Below are positions 44,321-63,384 of a stretch of 64,000 bases of DNA, in pieces. This DNA comes from the human T2T-CHM13v2.0 reference genome, Homo sapiens: assembly GCF_009914755.1 (NCBI RefSeq), contig NC_060928.1; one strand, given 5' to 3'. A model generated the notes under the pieces. The model saw only the letters and a program-made list of their open reading frames with translations. It ran no database searches and was not told where the DNA came from. The translations under genes and the position numbers were made by a program. Positions within the stretch are counted from its first letter, which is position 1. Each line of letters begins with the position of its first letter.

Positions 44321-46012
44321 CCTGCTGATTGCCTGTGCCCTGGAAGCAGAGTTCATTCTAGCAGGAGGAACTTGAATGAATCACGTCCTTTTAGCCAGCT
44401 CAAAACAAAAGCTGAAAGTCAAAATTCTGGTTTTCCTTAATGCCCTTCCAAGTTACTCCCTTGCCTGTAATACCTACACCATCATTCTGCATCCCATTCA
44501 GCCTCGGCTTGTCATAAACATGAGTGCCAGTTTATGAGACTTTATGAGACAGTTTCATTGAGCTGCTATTATGTACCAGCCACTGAGCTCAGAACTGGGA
44601 GTTTAACAGGAGTTTGAAAAGTAAGTTACTTGCTATATAATGACAAAGTATGGAAAGTGCTACAGAGCAAATGAACAGAATAATATAAGAGAGATCAAAA
44701 AGTGGATAATTTAGTTTGGGGGGCCAAAGAAGGCTTTGCAGAAGAAACAAGAATTTAGGCTAACACTTAAAAGATAAGAAGTCAACTGAGCAAGGTCCAG
44801 AGGAGGCAAGATCAGGCAGAGGGACTCACAGATGCAAAGCCCTCAGGTTGGAAAAGAGGATCCATGGATGGAAGGAAACATCAAACATAAACTTATCATT
44901 TGTTCCAGCAATTCCACTTCTAGATGTTTACCCAAAAGAATTGAGAGCAGTGATAGGACTCAAACAGATACTTATATATCCATGTTCATAGCAGTATTAT
45001 TCACAATAGCCAGAAGGCAGAAATAATCCAAGTGTCCATCAACAGGTGAGGAACATCCCTGCCTAACAGAAAGCGAGAAGGGAGTGAAGACTCACTGACG
45101 GCCTGCCCTGGGCTGTCACTTTACCAATGTACCTAATTTTCCTGTTTTACTCCTATGAGGTAGATATCATCATTTCCATTTTACAGATTTGCAAAACTGA
45201 GACCCAGAGACATTAAATAAATGCCTTGGGACCTCTAAGTGATAAAGCCAGAATTCCAACACCAGATCAGTCCAACCTCAAGCTCTTTCAGGCAAGTGCA
45301 GTGGTTCTCCACCCTGGCTGTGCATTACAGTCACCTGAGATCTTAAACATCTGACTGCATCAGAAATGGGGGCCAGACAGCAGGCATCTCTCTCTCGGCA
45401 GATGATTCTGATGCAAAACCAGGGCTGAGAAACTCCTGCCTCATAAGGTACACCCTCTCTTAGACACCATGTGGCCCCACCTTCTCGATTTACAAACAGA
45501 GAGATAAGATCCAGAGAGCAGTGCTCTCTGCAACCCACCACCAGATGCTGACTCTCCATGGGGCCTCAGTAAATGCAAAGTGACCCTCGGATCAGGAGAC
45601 AATGTCATCCTTTCATGTGAACTCAGAGTCCTGTTCACACTCCACCCGCCCCACCTCCCCACCAGCTCCCTTTGATGGTGAGAGCTGCCCCCTAGGCTCT
45701 CAGCTGCAGAGTCTTTGATATCTGGGTGCTGGGCTGTGGCTCAGGGTGTGCAGTGGGGAGCTGTTTTTCCCCAGAGAACTGAGGAGAGGAGGGGGAAGCC
45801 AACAGAGGGTGAAGGCTTCTTGGGAGAGGGTGATCCCTGGGTTGAGGAGGGGGAACATGGAAGAAGGCACTGTACTTTGATGTCTGCTTTTCCAGTCAGT
45901 TCAAGTGTTTTGAAAGTCAGTTCTGGGCTCTGGCCAATTAGTGACTGTTTCTCCTCTCTAGACCTTCCCAGGTTCTGAAGATAGATAGGCAAAGGCCTAT
46001 AGCCCCATTGTT

Positions 46013-46128
46013 GGAGAGGGAGAGAGGGAGGGAGGGAGGGAGAGAGAGAGAAGGAGAGAGGGAGAGAGAAAATGAGAGAGAGAGAAAACAAGACAAAGAG
46101 AAAACGAGACAGAGAGAGAGAGAGAGAA
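46013..46128. repeat. GA-rich polypurine low-complexity tract
   Basis: Seen directly. Confidence 0.9.
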
Positions 46129-46459
46129 GTGCATATATGTAGTGCTCAGCAATACAGCATCATGGCTAAAATGGCCCTGGGATTGAATCCCTGATAAATC
46201 ACTTATCACTGTGACAATTTCTCTAAAGCTTGGTTTCTTCATGTGTAAAGTACGGAAAATAGTACCTGCCTCCTGGGTTTGTTGTAAAGATTAAAAGGGG
46301 TACTGCATGCAAAATTGGAACCGTGCCTGGCAAGCAGTAAGCACCGGCACATATTATTGCCCCATGCATGAATGCCATGCTCTGTTTCTGAAAAGATCCC
46401 CCCCCCGATAACCCACTCTGAAGACACCCACACTTTTCATCACTATAAACTTGTGGTTC

Positions 46460-46985
<526 letters not shown>

Positions 46986-47198
46986 AATTCTTAGGAAAGC
47001 TCTTCTTGAAACCAAGCCTTGTTCATTCTCTGGGTTTGACTGCACCTGTCCTTGATTCTTCGCACCTCTCTAGTTTCATGGGGAGCTCTAGGAGCAGGAG
47101 TAATTTATTTCTGATATTATTTCATAAATAAGCTGGAAACAAAGGACTATGGTGTGAGATCAATAGTATCACTGATTCTCACATTTTCATGTGCCCTA

Positions 47199-47379
47199 TA
47201 ATAATAAGAGCTACCATTGACTGAGAGCTTTCTATGTGCCAGGCCCTCTTTAAGCACTTTATACACAGTAACTCATTTAATACTCACCACAAGTGTAGGG
47301 GGTAGGTGCCATTATGATCTCCATCTTATAGATGAAGAAAACTTGACAGTGATAGAGCCAGGATACAATCTAAGGCAGG
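47199..47379 (-). repeat. Duplicated MIR segment (direct copy of 44119-44299)
   Basis: 4 mismatches in ~181 bp by manual comparison. Confidence 0.95.
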
Positions 47380-47454
47380 GGATCTTAGTAAAGTGCAGTT
47401 GCAGGACCCCAGCCCAAGAGATTCTGACTCAATAGGTCTGGGGAGGGACCAACT

Positions 47455-47457
<3 letters not shown>

Positions 47458-47502
<45 letters not shown>

Positions 47503-47818
47503 ATTTTTATTTTATTTTATTTTTTTTGAGATGAAGTCTCGCTCTGTCGCCCAGGCTCCGCCCAGGCTGGAGTGCAATGGCGTGATCTCGGCTTATTGCA
47601 ACCTCTGCCTCCCGGGTTCAAGCCATTCTCTTGCCCCAGCCTCCTGAGTAGCTGGGATTACAGGCGTGTGCCATCACGCCTGGCTAATTTTTGTATTTTT
47701 AGTAGAGACTGGGTTTCACCATGTTGGCCAGGCTAGTCTCGAACTTCTGACCTTGTGAGCTGCCCGCCTTGGCCTCCAAAAGTGCTGGGATTACAGGCGT
47801 GAGCCACCACACCTGGCC
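47458..47818 (-). mobile_element. AluS with a (TA)n tail inside a MER5A-like element (~47380-47870)
   Basis: (TA)n at 47458-47498, then an antisense Alu; flanks gagattctgactcaataggtctgggg and caggtgctgatgctgctggccc are MER5-like. Confidence 0.85.
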
Positions 47819-49863
47819 TCAACTTGTATTTCTAAAGAGCTTGTGGCAGGTGCTGATGCTGCTGGCCCAGAGTCCCTGAGTGTTTCTCTGACCAGCCAGA
47901 TCAGAGAGACAGAGAGAATGAATGTGTGTGTATGTGTGTGCATGCGCACATGTGTGTGTGTCTGATAAAGGGCTGCCAGTGACAGGGCAAGGACCTCTAC
48001 GGCTACTTATCTCATGGAATAGCACCACAAAGAACCTCAGTTAAATCTTACATCTTCCCTTGAAAAGTCTGGGTATACAAGGTTCAAGATTCAGAGGTGA
48101 TTTCCACGTAGGTACTATTTCAACAATTCTTTCAAAATCAGAACATTTTCAAGGGTGTTGGAGACTGCAAGCTGAGAAGCAAAGGGTTTCTTCTTACTAT
48201 TAAAACCTTCTAAATTCTATTATACTTACAATAACCGGCAGCTCCTCTCTGCCATCTACCTCCCTCCACTAAGCCATCGTCTACTGTGCCGCATATGAGC
48301 TGCAGAAAGATATGTTCTCTCATCCCACAGCATGAATCTTTAAGCAACTGCCCACATCTAGGAAGATTAAATGACAAGGGGATAGAACAGGAGAGAGAGA
48401 GGATACATTTCATGCCTTTTATACATATTGCTTATTTTCCTCAAGTGTCCTTCCTGCCTTGGGTTAGGTCCATTTACACGGTTGTAACATACTGGGCAAC
48501 TGCTACTTTTCCTGGTTGATTTACAGCTATATAGCAATAAGCATGAAAGTCATAGCAGATCACTAAGAAACACAAAATTATAGCATACGTTGTTACTACT
48601 CTGCTACTGCACCACACAGTTTGTAATTCAAACAAAAAAGAAGGCAAGATTTTGGATCGTTCCAGGACTTCATTCAGTATATACATGGCTCACTTCAGAC
48701 AGGCACTCCTGTTAGATACTCTGTTGCCCTCTGTGTTAACCAATACAGCAATTGTCACGTTGTTATTAAATAAGGAATTACTGGTCCAGTGCTATCTGCC
48801 CTTACTGAAACATCATCTCCAGGAGGGCAGGGATTGTGTCTGTCTGTCTTTCCATGTATTCTCAGCTGGCATCTGTGCAACTAACTCAACCAGAGAAAAA
48901 TACTCAACCATGTTGATTGGTCTCACTTTAAAATCATGACCACTAACCTCAATTGGGCTTTACTATTACCCAGCAACCATATTATATTTCCCCGATCCAT
49001 ATGCGGTCCCTCTCTCCTAGACATTGACCTCATACCTGCTCCGATCACCTCACCCCTGACACCTCCCTGCCCTACTCACCTGATAACTTTGCTTCTGATT
49101 TCAGTAAGAATATCAGAACTTCCCCAGGCTCCGCCACCTCTACCTACCATCCAGCATCTGAGCCTGGGTACTGTATGATCGCTACATGACTGCACATGGC
49201 CAAGCCACTCTCTCTTTAAGTCTGGCCCTTCCCTTGTGCATCATATCCACTCATCCTACCCATACATTACTCAGAAATTCCTGTCTGCCTGTCTGTATCA
49301 TCAACACCGCCCCACATACTTACATTATTCCCACAGCCTACAGCCATGCTGTTACTTCTCTTATGTTAAAAAGCAAAATTTAAAAACCTCTCTTGACCCC
49401 ACTTCCCCACCTGGATCCTATTCCATTTCCCTATTCCCCTTTACAGTGAAACTTACTGAATATTGCCTCTAATCACTGGTTGCAGTTCTCTTTCCATTCT
49501 CTCTTAAACCCACTCAATCAGGTTTTGGTCTTTCTCCCCTCATAGCTGCCCCCAATCAAAACTGCTCTTATCCAGGTCCAGACAAGATAGGTGTAGTCCC
49601 TTTACTCATGGGCAGTCTCTAGGTAAACATTGAACAAATCATTACTGGGTGACAGGGACTCTGAAGGAGAGACCCAGGTATACAGGAGCACCTGAAGCAT
49701 GAGCTCATGAAGGAGGGACTGCTGTTAGCAAGGCATGGAGGTGTGAAGGCTGTGTGTGTTCAAGCAGGAGCAAGTGGTTTGGTTTGGCTCCAGGGCAGGG
49801 GGCTGTGGGGGTAAAATGAAGGGAGTAAAACAGGCAAGGAGCCAGGTCTGGAAGGGACTCATA

Positions 49864-50092
49864 TAGGTTGAGCATCCCTAATCTGAAAATCTGAAATGTT
49901 CTAAAATTTGAAATTTTCTGAGCACCCACATGATGCTCAAAGGAAATGCTCATTGGAGCATTTTGGATTTCAGATTTTTGAAGCAGGGATGTTCAACCAG
50001 TAAGTGTATGGCAAATATTCCAAAATCTGAAAAAATATAAAATCTAAAACACTTCTGAACCCAAGCAGTTTGGATAAGGGATACTCAACCTG
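49864..50092. mobile_element. Tigger4a/MER46-type MITE inside L2 sequence
   Basis: Terminal inverted repeats aggttgagcatccct ... agggatactcaacctg, with TA flanks. Confidence 0.85.
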
Positions 50093-50102
50093 TATGTAGC
50101 TA

Positions 50103-50453
<351 letters not shown>

Positions 50454-51605
50454 TCATGTGATCAGATTTAGAACGATAGATCTGAAGGCTGTGGAAGATG
50501 AGTGATAATGAGCGGAAATGGAAGACGTTGGGCTGAGTATTCTCCATGCACCCCTGGCAGACACACACCCTCCCTTCTCATGCTGCTCTGTGCCCCAGGA
50601 GGCCGGCCTGTGCTGAACCGATGGGCTTCCTCTGGCTTCTATCTGGGTTATTTTCAGCATCCAGAGCCTAGATTAGGAACTGGAAGGCCCTTGACAAGTT
50701 ACTCATCACTCTGGGCCTCAATTTCCTCATTAATAAAAAAAAAATAAGGGTGTCCCAAACACCATTCTGGCGCCAGGCTACCTGTATCATAATTTTCTGA
50801 GGAGCTTTAAAATACACACATATATTCTAGAACCTCATACTGACAAGACAGGGGTCATAACTCTGGCTTATACCTTCATGCCTTGGTGTGGGAAATGAGG
50901 TCTCGTGAAGGAAAAGAGATGCATTGATAAGAGGAAAAACTTGATGACCAGAAAGTTAAGAACTCTTAGCTGTCATAGGATGATGCTGACAGCCTAGCTC
51001 TTGACCAACAGCATGTAAAACAAGATGACTAAACTGAATGGTTTGGGGAAGGGAGGAGAAAGAAAATGACAAAGACTAAGGCTGTTCTGCTTCCAGTCCA
51101 CTTTTGAAAATGTTTGGCAACTGGTACTTGTGGCCACACTCAAGTATAAGGAGAGCTATATTTGGAGCTGTCAATTGTGTAATATTTTACCAAAAAAAGT
51201 CAATGTTATCATTTTTTTGATCTGCTAATATTTGTTCAGTACAAAGATACCAAGGCAAGCCCTTGAGAAAAAAACTATTCGATAGCATAAACTAGTTCAG
51301 CCTGAGAGCGTTCCATGATTTCCCCTGTGGCTTCTTCCTCTCTTCTTCGAAGCCTCTTCCTTTCCCTCAAATAACACAAAGCTTCTCTTCCGGGTGTCGG
51401 GGAGATCATTTACTAGGCGTGGGAATCAAAGCTCCCTGGAAGAACTCACGGAGAATGTCAGCTCCTTCCACACAGAAGGGAGGGAGCTCACAGGGAATCT
51501 GGAACTGCCCCTCTGCCATTTCCTAGCTGGGGTGATACCGACTTACTGTCTCTTAGTCTCAGTTCTCTTATCTGTAAACAAACAAACAAACAAAAGACTA
51601 CATCA

Positions 51606-52331
<726 letters not shown>

Positions 52332-52821
52332 TATAGGGTATTTAGCATATAACAATATTTCAATAAATATTACTGCAAACACCATTATTTTTATTACTAG
52401 GCAGACATTGCAAGGTTGAGGCTGGGTGACCAGGAAGCAGAGGCTCTAGGGAAAAGATGACCCAGATCCCAACACAGACTTTTTTTTTGAACCGGGTCCT
52501 CAGACTGCTCAGGTTCTCTGAGGTGAAATGGGGAAGAGCAAACACATTCATTGCTTCTGATTCAGGATAACTCCCATCACAACCTCTCTCTCTCCATCTT
52601 ATGCAACTATCGAAATCACCATTAGGGAAAATTGAGAACAAAGTGAGTAATTTACTGTGCTATGGACCCATTGAATTTCCTTTTCATTAATTATTCAGTT
52701 TTTATTTTATCTTGGGCAGTAAGTTTGTGTGTGTTAGAGGAAGATGTGCATACATTTTATATCACTATAGGTATATGCATGCTCATTAATATCTCTGCCT
52801 ATAAATAGGAAACTAATATCA

Positions 52822-53172
<351 letters not shown>

Positions 53173-54547
53173 TTAAAAAAGTACCAAAACTGGTCAATTT
53201 CAGGCAAGTGAAAAAAAAAAAAGAATAATTTCTGCTGTCATCATCTGAACTGAGTAGTTATGGGTCATTATCACCTTTTTAATAAAAAAAAAAAAAAGCA
53301 ATCTCTCTAAGGGAATAAAGACAGTTGCTGGTTGAAGTCCAGGAATCCAAGGTTTCACAGAAGAGCTGGCAGGCACCTTTGCAGCAATGAAGCATAAAGA
53401 CCACAATAACCAGACCCTCAGAGGGCTGAGTGCTGTGCTCTGGAGGGACATCTTTGGGAACATTCTATGGAGAGAGGCCCTAGGCATCACTGTTGCTTTT
53501 ATTTCTGAGCCAAAAGAGCTGGAAATTAAAGTGAAAAGTCCGGGAAAGCCTCTTGGGAGGAGCTGTTTCTCTCCGTCCTCATCTCTCCGTCCTGATTTCT
53601 TCATCCTCCTCTCGTCCTTTTTTCTGACTCAGACCCTCCCTCACCATGGTGATCGGTGTGAACCCAGTGGATTCTGACCAAACGTTCCTCTATCTGGCAG
53701 CCACAGGCCAAGGACAAACATGAAGAATATTTGGCAGCGAGGTGTACTTGCTGCTCCCCCCACCAAAAAGTTACAAAACACATTTTTTTCAAGGTTGTTG
53801 TTATCACAATGTTTCTGGCTTAAATAGAAAAAAAAGATGAAATTTAATAATGCAATATTCTTTCAAGATACCATGAAACCCCCTTCAGTTCTCTAATTAG
53901 GGACTGCATCATTAAGGCAGCCTGACCTAGTTCACAAACTCCAGTTTCAAGAGGTTTCTTCACACATTTTTATTCTTGCCAAATCGCTTTAAGTTGCTGT
54001 GAATAACCCCAAGACAGACTTTTTTTTTTCTTTGCAGCATATTCCAAGGCTTGGTTTTCTGACCTTCACTTGGTTCTTATGCATAAATTCCAACCTAATT
54101 TTAATGAGTTGACTTATCAAAATACAATTATTCATTCATTCCTTCTCAAGCACGTACGAGCACCTTCCACATGCCCGTTTCCTCCAGGGTGCGGAGTATC
54201 AGAGTGGGCAGCCTCCATTTCAGGGGGCTCGCTGCTAGCCGAGTTCTCAAACTGGCAGCCCCCAGGCCACAACCAACCCACAGATTTTTTAAAAAACTGA
54301 TCCAACAATTAAAAATAGGGAATTTCAAATTTTAAAATCTCTTTTTCTGGCTTCTCCTGAAACATGGAAAGATCTGGCAACGTCAGGCCACCTCTCTTTC
54401 TTGCATGGCAACTTTTTCCAGGAACTACATACCCCTTCCACTGAGACAGCTCCACATGACACCCCTGTTTACCCCATACAGTAGTACATGCACTCTGAAT
54501 CAATCCTCTTCATTTATTACCTGCCTGGCCTCAATCTAGGACATTAC

Positions 54548-55295
<748 letters not shown>

Positions 55296-55351
55296 AGTAT
55301 AAATGAATTACATCATTCATGACTTGGAAAATTGGTAATTAAAAGAGAAAC

Positions 55352-55647
55352 GGCCAGGCACAGTGGCTCATGCCTGTAATCCTAGCACTTTGGGAGGCCT
55401 AGGAGGGAGCACTGTTTGTGCCCCGGTTCAAGACCAGCTTGGGCAACATAGTGAGACACCATCTCTACAGAAAAATTTTTTAAAAAATTAGTTGGGTGTG
55501 GTGATGTATGCCTGTAGTCCCAGCTACTCGGGAAGCTGAGGTGGAAGGATCACTTGAGCCCAGGAGGTCAAGGCTGCAGTGAGTTGTAATCATGAACTCC
55601 AGCCTGGGTGACAGAGAGAGATGCTGTCTCAAAAAAGGCAAAAATAC

Positions 55648-55678
<31 letters not shown>

Positions 55679-55680
55679 CA
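55352..55680 (+). mobile_element. AluJ
   Basis: Full dimer with a long A tail; TSD-like aaaagagaaa. Confidence 0.9.
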
Positions 55681-55833
55681 AAAGAGAAAGCAGCATTTAT
55701 CCTGTCTTTTTAGAACTATAATCCATTCCTAGTTGATGAAGGAAAGATCTTCTTTTCAGAAATTAATAATTTCAGAAATTATTAATAATAAATGCAGGTT
55801 AGAGGGGGAAATCACCCTTCTGCAATCCCCAAT

Positions 55834-56608
55834 TGTGTCTGATGCTGTTGAGCACTGCCCCAACCCTCTGTAGGTCCAGGTACTCGTTCCCCAACTACTG
55901 GGATTGTTGGTGCCTAACAGCTCACAACTGAGTCTTTCCTCAGGCATTGCCCTACCTGGGAAGCTGCACAGCCCAAGGCTTGCCTCCTCCCTGGCAGCAG
56001 CCTGCATTCAATGCTTAGTAGATAAAGGGGTACAAAATTTGGCCTTTTGCCTCAATTTGGAACATCTCCAAAGGGCTGTCCGGGCCAGGCACAGTCACTC
56101 ATGCCTGTAATCCCAGCACTTCAGGACGCCGAGGTGAGGGGATCTCTTGGGTCCAGGAGTTCTAGGCCAACCTGGGCAAAACGGCAAGACCCCCATCTCT
56201 ACAAAGTGATTAAAAATAAAAAAGCTGGGTGTGGTGGTGGCACATGTCTGTAGTTCCAGCTACTCAGAGAGGCTGAGGTAGGAGGAACTCTTGAGCCCAG
56301 GATTTTGAGGCTGCAGTGAGCTGTGACCATGGCACTGCATTCCGGTCTAGGTGACAGAGTGAGACCCCATCTTAAAACAAAAACAAAAACAAACAAACAA
56401 ACAAACAAAAAACCTCAAAGGACTGCCCCGTTTCACAGCTCCCTGTAGCATATAGGCTGAGGCCTCTGTTGTAACTGCACTGCAATTCAGCTTCTCTCTC
56501 TGTCCAATTCTGCTTCTTATTCCCCCACAGATGTTTCTAAGCACAGTACTAGATATGCCAGCACACAAATCTGCATCTCAGAATCTGTTTCACAGAAACC
56601 TAAAGACC
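55834..56608. mobile_element. LTR16-like ERVL LTR interrupted by an AluJ (+, ~56083-56410)
   Basis: gataaaggggtacaaaatttggccttttgcctcaatttggaaca...; ctgcatctcagaatctgtttc. Confidence 0.65.
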
Positions 56609-56634
56609 CCAATAAATAACAGATTCAGGCAAGA

Positions 56635-57039
56635 ATCACAATTGTGTCCCCCCAAAATTCAAAAGTTGACGTCCTAACCCCCAGTGCCCCAGAATGTGAC
56701 TTGACGTGGAGGTAGGGTGTTTACAGAGGTAATCAAGTTAAAATGAGGTCACGGGCAGGCAAGGGTTGACTAGTCCAGTGTGATTGATGTCCTCATAGGA
56801 AGAGGAAATTTAGACACAGATATACACAAAAGGAAAACAATGTGAAGAGACACAGGGAGAAGCCAACCATCTATAAGCGAAGGAGAGAGGCCTGGAACAA
56901 ATCCTTCCATCACAGCCCTCAGAGGAAGCTCCCCACACCTGCATCTTGAACTTCTAGCCTCTGGAACTGTGTGACAACACATCTCTATTGCTTAAGCCAC
57001 CCCATCTGTAGTACATTGTTATAGGAGCAAACTAATACA
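56635..57039 (+). mobile_element. MLT1B-like MaLR LTR
   Basis: aattgtgtccccccaaaattc...ttacagaggtaatcaagttaaaatgaggtca...gcaaactaataca. Confidence 0.85.
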
Positions 57040-57192
57040 AATGCTAAAATCATTAGATGAAAGGATTTGGGAGAAGTATCACCTCTTAAATTGCTTCCTA
57101 ACTGCAAAGGGGAAAATAGAATCTTACAACGGAAGCATCTGGAAGCCACCACTTAACCAAGAGATGAAGCTTAGCATCAGTAACACTGGAAC

Positions 57193-58818
<1,626 letters not shown>

Positions 58819-58829
58819 TAAAGTGGAAC

Positions 58830-59410
58830 AAGCAGGCAATTGACACCTTCTGATGATGAATAGGAAGCACACAGCATCACCCTTCAGGCATTCTTGCCAA
58901 ATATGCTTAACTTCAACCATGCCGGTAAGACTCACCTCGCAGTTTACAGAAAACAGAGGGAAGGTAGAAACAATCACACAAAAATGTGGGACATTCTACA
59001 GAAAACTAAAACAAAAAGTCAATGTCAAGGGTGAGGGTCTGTTCCAAAGACAATGAAAACAAATAACAATCAAATACAATGTGAAAGCCTGACTAGCTCC
59101 TAGCTCAAAACAAAAAACAATTATAAAAGATAGTCTGAGGACACATGAAATCTGAATCTGGACAAGATATTAGATTAGGTTATGATAATATCCTTATTTT
59201 TAGGGGATGTGTATGGAATCATTTAGGTGTAAATGGCCACAACATCTGCAACTTACTTTCAAATGGCTGAGAAAAAAAGTTATAGGTAAATAAAGCAAAT
59301 ATGGCAAATGTTAATAATTATTGAATCTAGTGGTAGATATATGGGTGTTTACTGTATTATTCTTTAAAATTCTGTATGTTTGAAAATGTACATAATAAAA
59401 GTCTGGGGAA
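58830..59410 (+). mobile_element. L1ME-like 3' fragment (continues 57040-57192)
   Basis: aaaatgtgggacattctacag; tctgcaacttactttcaaatgg; taaagcaaatatggcaaatgttaataatt...gaatctag. Confidence 0.75.
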
Positions 59411-59451
59411 AACAAGTGTCTTTGACAGTTGATAACAAATACCGAATTTCA

Positions 59452-59685
<234 letters not shown>

Positions 59686-60764
59686 TTAAACAGAACTTGC
59701 TTTGTACAGACTTTCTAATACCAAACTGATTAAACTTAAATACATGCATACCTCCTCTTCCTGCCCACAAATAAGTAGGCCCTAGAGTAAGTGGGAAAGG
59801 CAATATCAAATTAAAAGAATAATATAAAAAGATATACATGGTGGCCGTGATTAGCTCTTCCCTAATGCTTTCTGAGTCTGTTTCCTCATCTGAAAAATGG
59901 GAAGAACAAAACAAAGCTGGAAGAACTGTTTTTAGGACTAAAGATGAGAAATGTCAAGTGCTTGGTAAGTGGTAGACAGGTGATAGATACCCTGAAAACT
60001 GCTGTCGTTGTGCCTGTGAGCAGTGGGGCTTGCTAGTGGCAGCAGGAAGATACGAACCTAGACATTTAGGCCCCAGGGCCTGTCCTCCACTGCCTCTGAG
60101 AGCAAATGGAACATGGCATTTTGTTTTTCCTAATGAACATAATAAAGGTAACTATTAATAAGAAACAATTTTCACTCTCTCCCATGCAAAGAAAATGGCA
60201 GACATATGTTGATTATATTTCAAATTGCACACTTAAAGACCAACAAGGTTATCAACCTGGATGATAACCAGGAAGAATTCAGGAAGGGTTTTCTGAAGGC
60301 CAAATACAACAAAAAAGAAAAACCAAGTCAGAATAGTTCCAGAGTAAGGAGTTTTCCCATAATCTATATCCTCGGAATATTTTGTTGCTTTAATAAATAA
60401 CTCCCCTGAACTTCAGAAATAAACCTTTCCAGCTGATGTGAAATCTAGATGGTGTTAGGCTTTCCTAAGGGCTAATGGGGCTCATGGGTACAGGCTCCTG
60501 ATGGTGATAATCAAACTTTGAATGTGAATTCAGTTCAAGCCCAAAGAAAGCTATCACTCTGTCACCACCGTCCACGCTAACTTTCAGAGGGTAAAAGCCA
60601 TACTTGAGTTTTATTTTCATTTCACTATCAACCACTCACAGTACTATACCAGCACCTTCCACTTGTCTCACCAAACAAACAAAAATGACAGCTATGGGTA
60701 GCATGAGTGTACTTTTTCTTCCATATGTTACTGTCACAGCATTAGCTCACCCATGGACATTCTA

Positions 60765-61169
<405 letters not shown>

Positions 61170-61344
61170 TCATGGAACCTAAGTGAGGAAAAACCGCCTG
61201 AAGGGTCTCCACTGACAGGCCTCAGAGGCCGCAGAGGCTCTGTGCCAGCCCAATGGAGACTTCATCCTTCCAGAAGGCTCTTAAACAGAGGAACACCCAA
61301 CAACTTTTTGCTCCCACCATGTTTGTTCCTAAACAATAACCTTG

Positions 61345-61660
<316 letters not shown>

Positions 61661-62911
61661 TTACAGCAAGGTTAATCGGGACTTTATCAACTGGGCAAAC
61701 TTGAGTTTGCCGGACACTGAGATTAAAAGACTAGTTATTTTCACTCTGCTTGTTAAGAAAGCAGCTGTTTTTTTTTTTTTAAATAGAGACCTGCGCTAAG
61801 TAATATAATACACGTTGCAATCTAGAACACACACAAATATGACTGATATACAGTTTTCATAAACAATATTTAATCCTTACTAAACTCAATGCACTGACAC
61901 TTTCTATTTTATTATGCTTTAAATGTTGGTCACGATCCAAACTGAAGTGTTCTACACCCCCTGTGAGGCCACAGTGTGCAGTGTGAGACACGCTGGACTG
62001 GATAAAGCCTATGTTTCTTGGCATGTTCCCATCTCATACACAGCCCTCTTCGTCCTGTTCCTTTCCCCTGGAGCTGTCACAAAGCTGTCCTAATTGGTCA
62101 AGAAAAGGAGACACATCTCCTTTCTCCTCTACATTTTCTAAGTTCTGAAGGGCACCTGTCAATTGCTGCCCAAGCTCATCCTGCAGAGTGGGGGCTGTTC
62201 CAGCTCTAATGGAATGAAGCTTCTTTTTTAAATAATCATGACAGGATAATATAGAGGTGTGCTACAGAAAAGTCCACCCCATCTCACATCTTGAGGTTCC
62301 TGGGTTCATATCTAAGTAAGGAGAGGTTTCCCCATCAGATTCTGAATTCATTTCTCCTCCACTCAGGTTCAAATGAAACCCTAAACTTGACTTTAGGATG
62401 TAAGGGGATTCGGGTGTAACAATGATATGCAGTGGACAAGGCCTTGGTCCTGTACAACTGCACCACCTGCATTGTCTCTGGAAAAGGTCACTAAGGGATG
62501 CCATCTGCATAGAACACTATACTAAGAGTATGTATGCTCCTTAAAGGTGTGTACCCTGGTCTACCCTTGTGGAGTTAAACATATCTCAAACATTCAGAAA
62601 CACACTCGTCCTCACCCTCTATGAGTATACAGGTCCCACTCCTGGAGTTGTATCACCAAATCAGAGGTTATGGTCCATCCATCAGTCCCAGCCTCCGTGA
62701 AGATTCTTCCTTTTGTCTCCCAGAGACAGCTGCTGCTCCATGCTTTGGTTCTCTTTTAGTCTTTTCAGAAGCAATGGTCTTTCTCCTTGGACACCCCCAT
62801 TGACAGGCAGTCAAAACTGTTCTGACTTCATAGGTAAATCCCTTACAACTGGTTTCCTTGACTCTAGGAAAGTCTAGCTTCTCTTGGTCTCCCCTTTCTG
62901 GCCTTGAGACT

Positions 62912-63217
62912 TTTTGTTTCATTTTTGTTTTTTGAGACAGTGTCTCACTCTGTCGCCCAGACTGGAGTGCAGTGACCGCGATCTCGGTTCACTGCAACCT
63001 CCTCCTCTTGGATTCAAGCGATTCTCATGCCTCAGCCTACCGAGTAGCTGGGATTACAGGTACGCACCATCACACCCAGCTAATTTTTGTATTATTAGTA
63101 GAGACGGGGTTTCACCATGTTGGCCAGGCTGGTCTGGAACTCCTGACCTCAAGTGATCTGCCCGCCTCGGCCCTCCCAAAGTGTTGGGATTACAGGCATG
63201 AGCCACCATGCCCCACC
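62912..63217 (-). mobile_element. AluS
   Basis: Full antisense dimer. Confidence 0.9.
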
Positions 63218-63384
63218 TCTAGTCTTGAGCCTTTTAATGAGCAAGACCAGCTCTTGTCTCCTCTGTATGTTTTTCCTGTCTTAAGTTAGTCTATAGGTTA
63301 GCCTGGGTGACAGAGTGAAACCCTGTCTCTAAAAATAATAATAATAAATAATTTAAAAATAAAAATAAAGATGTCATAAAGGAG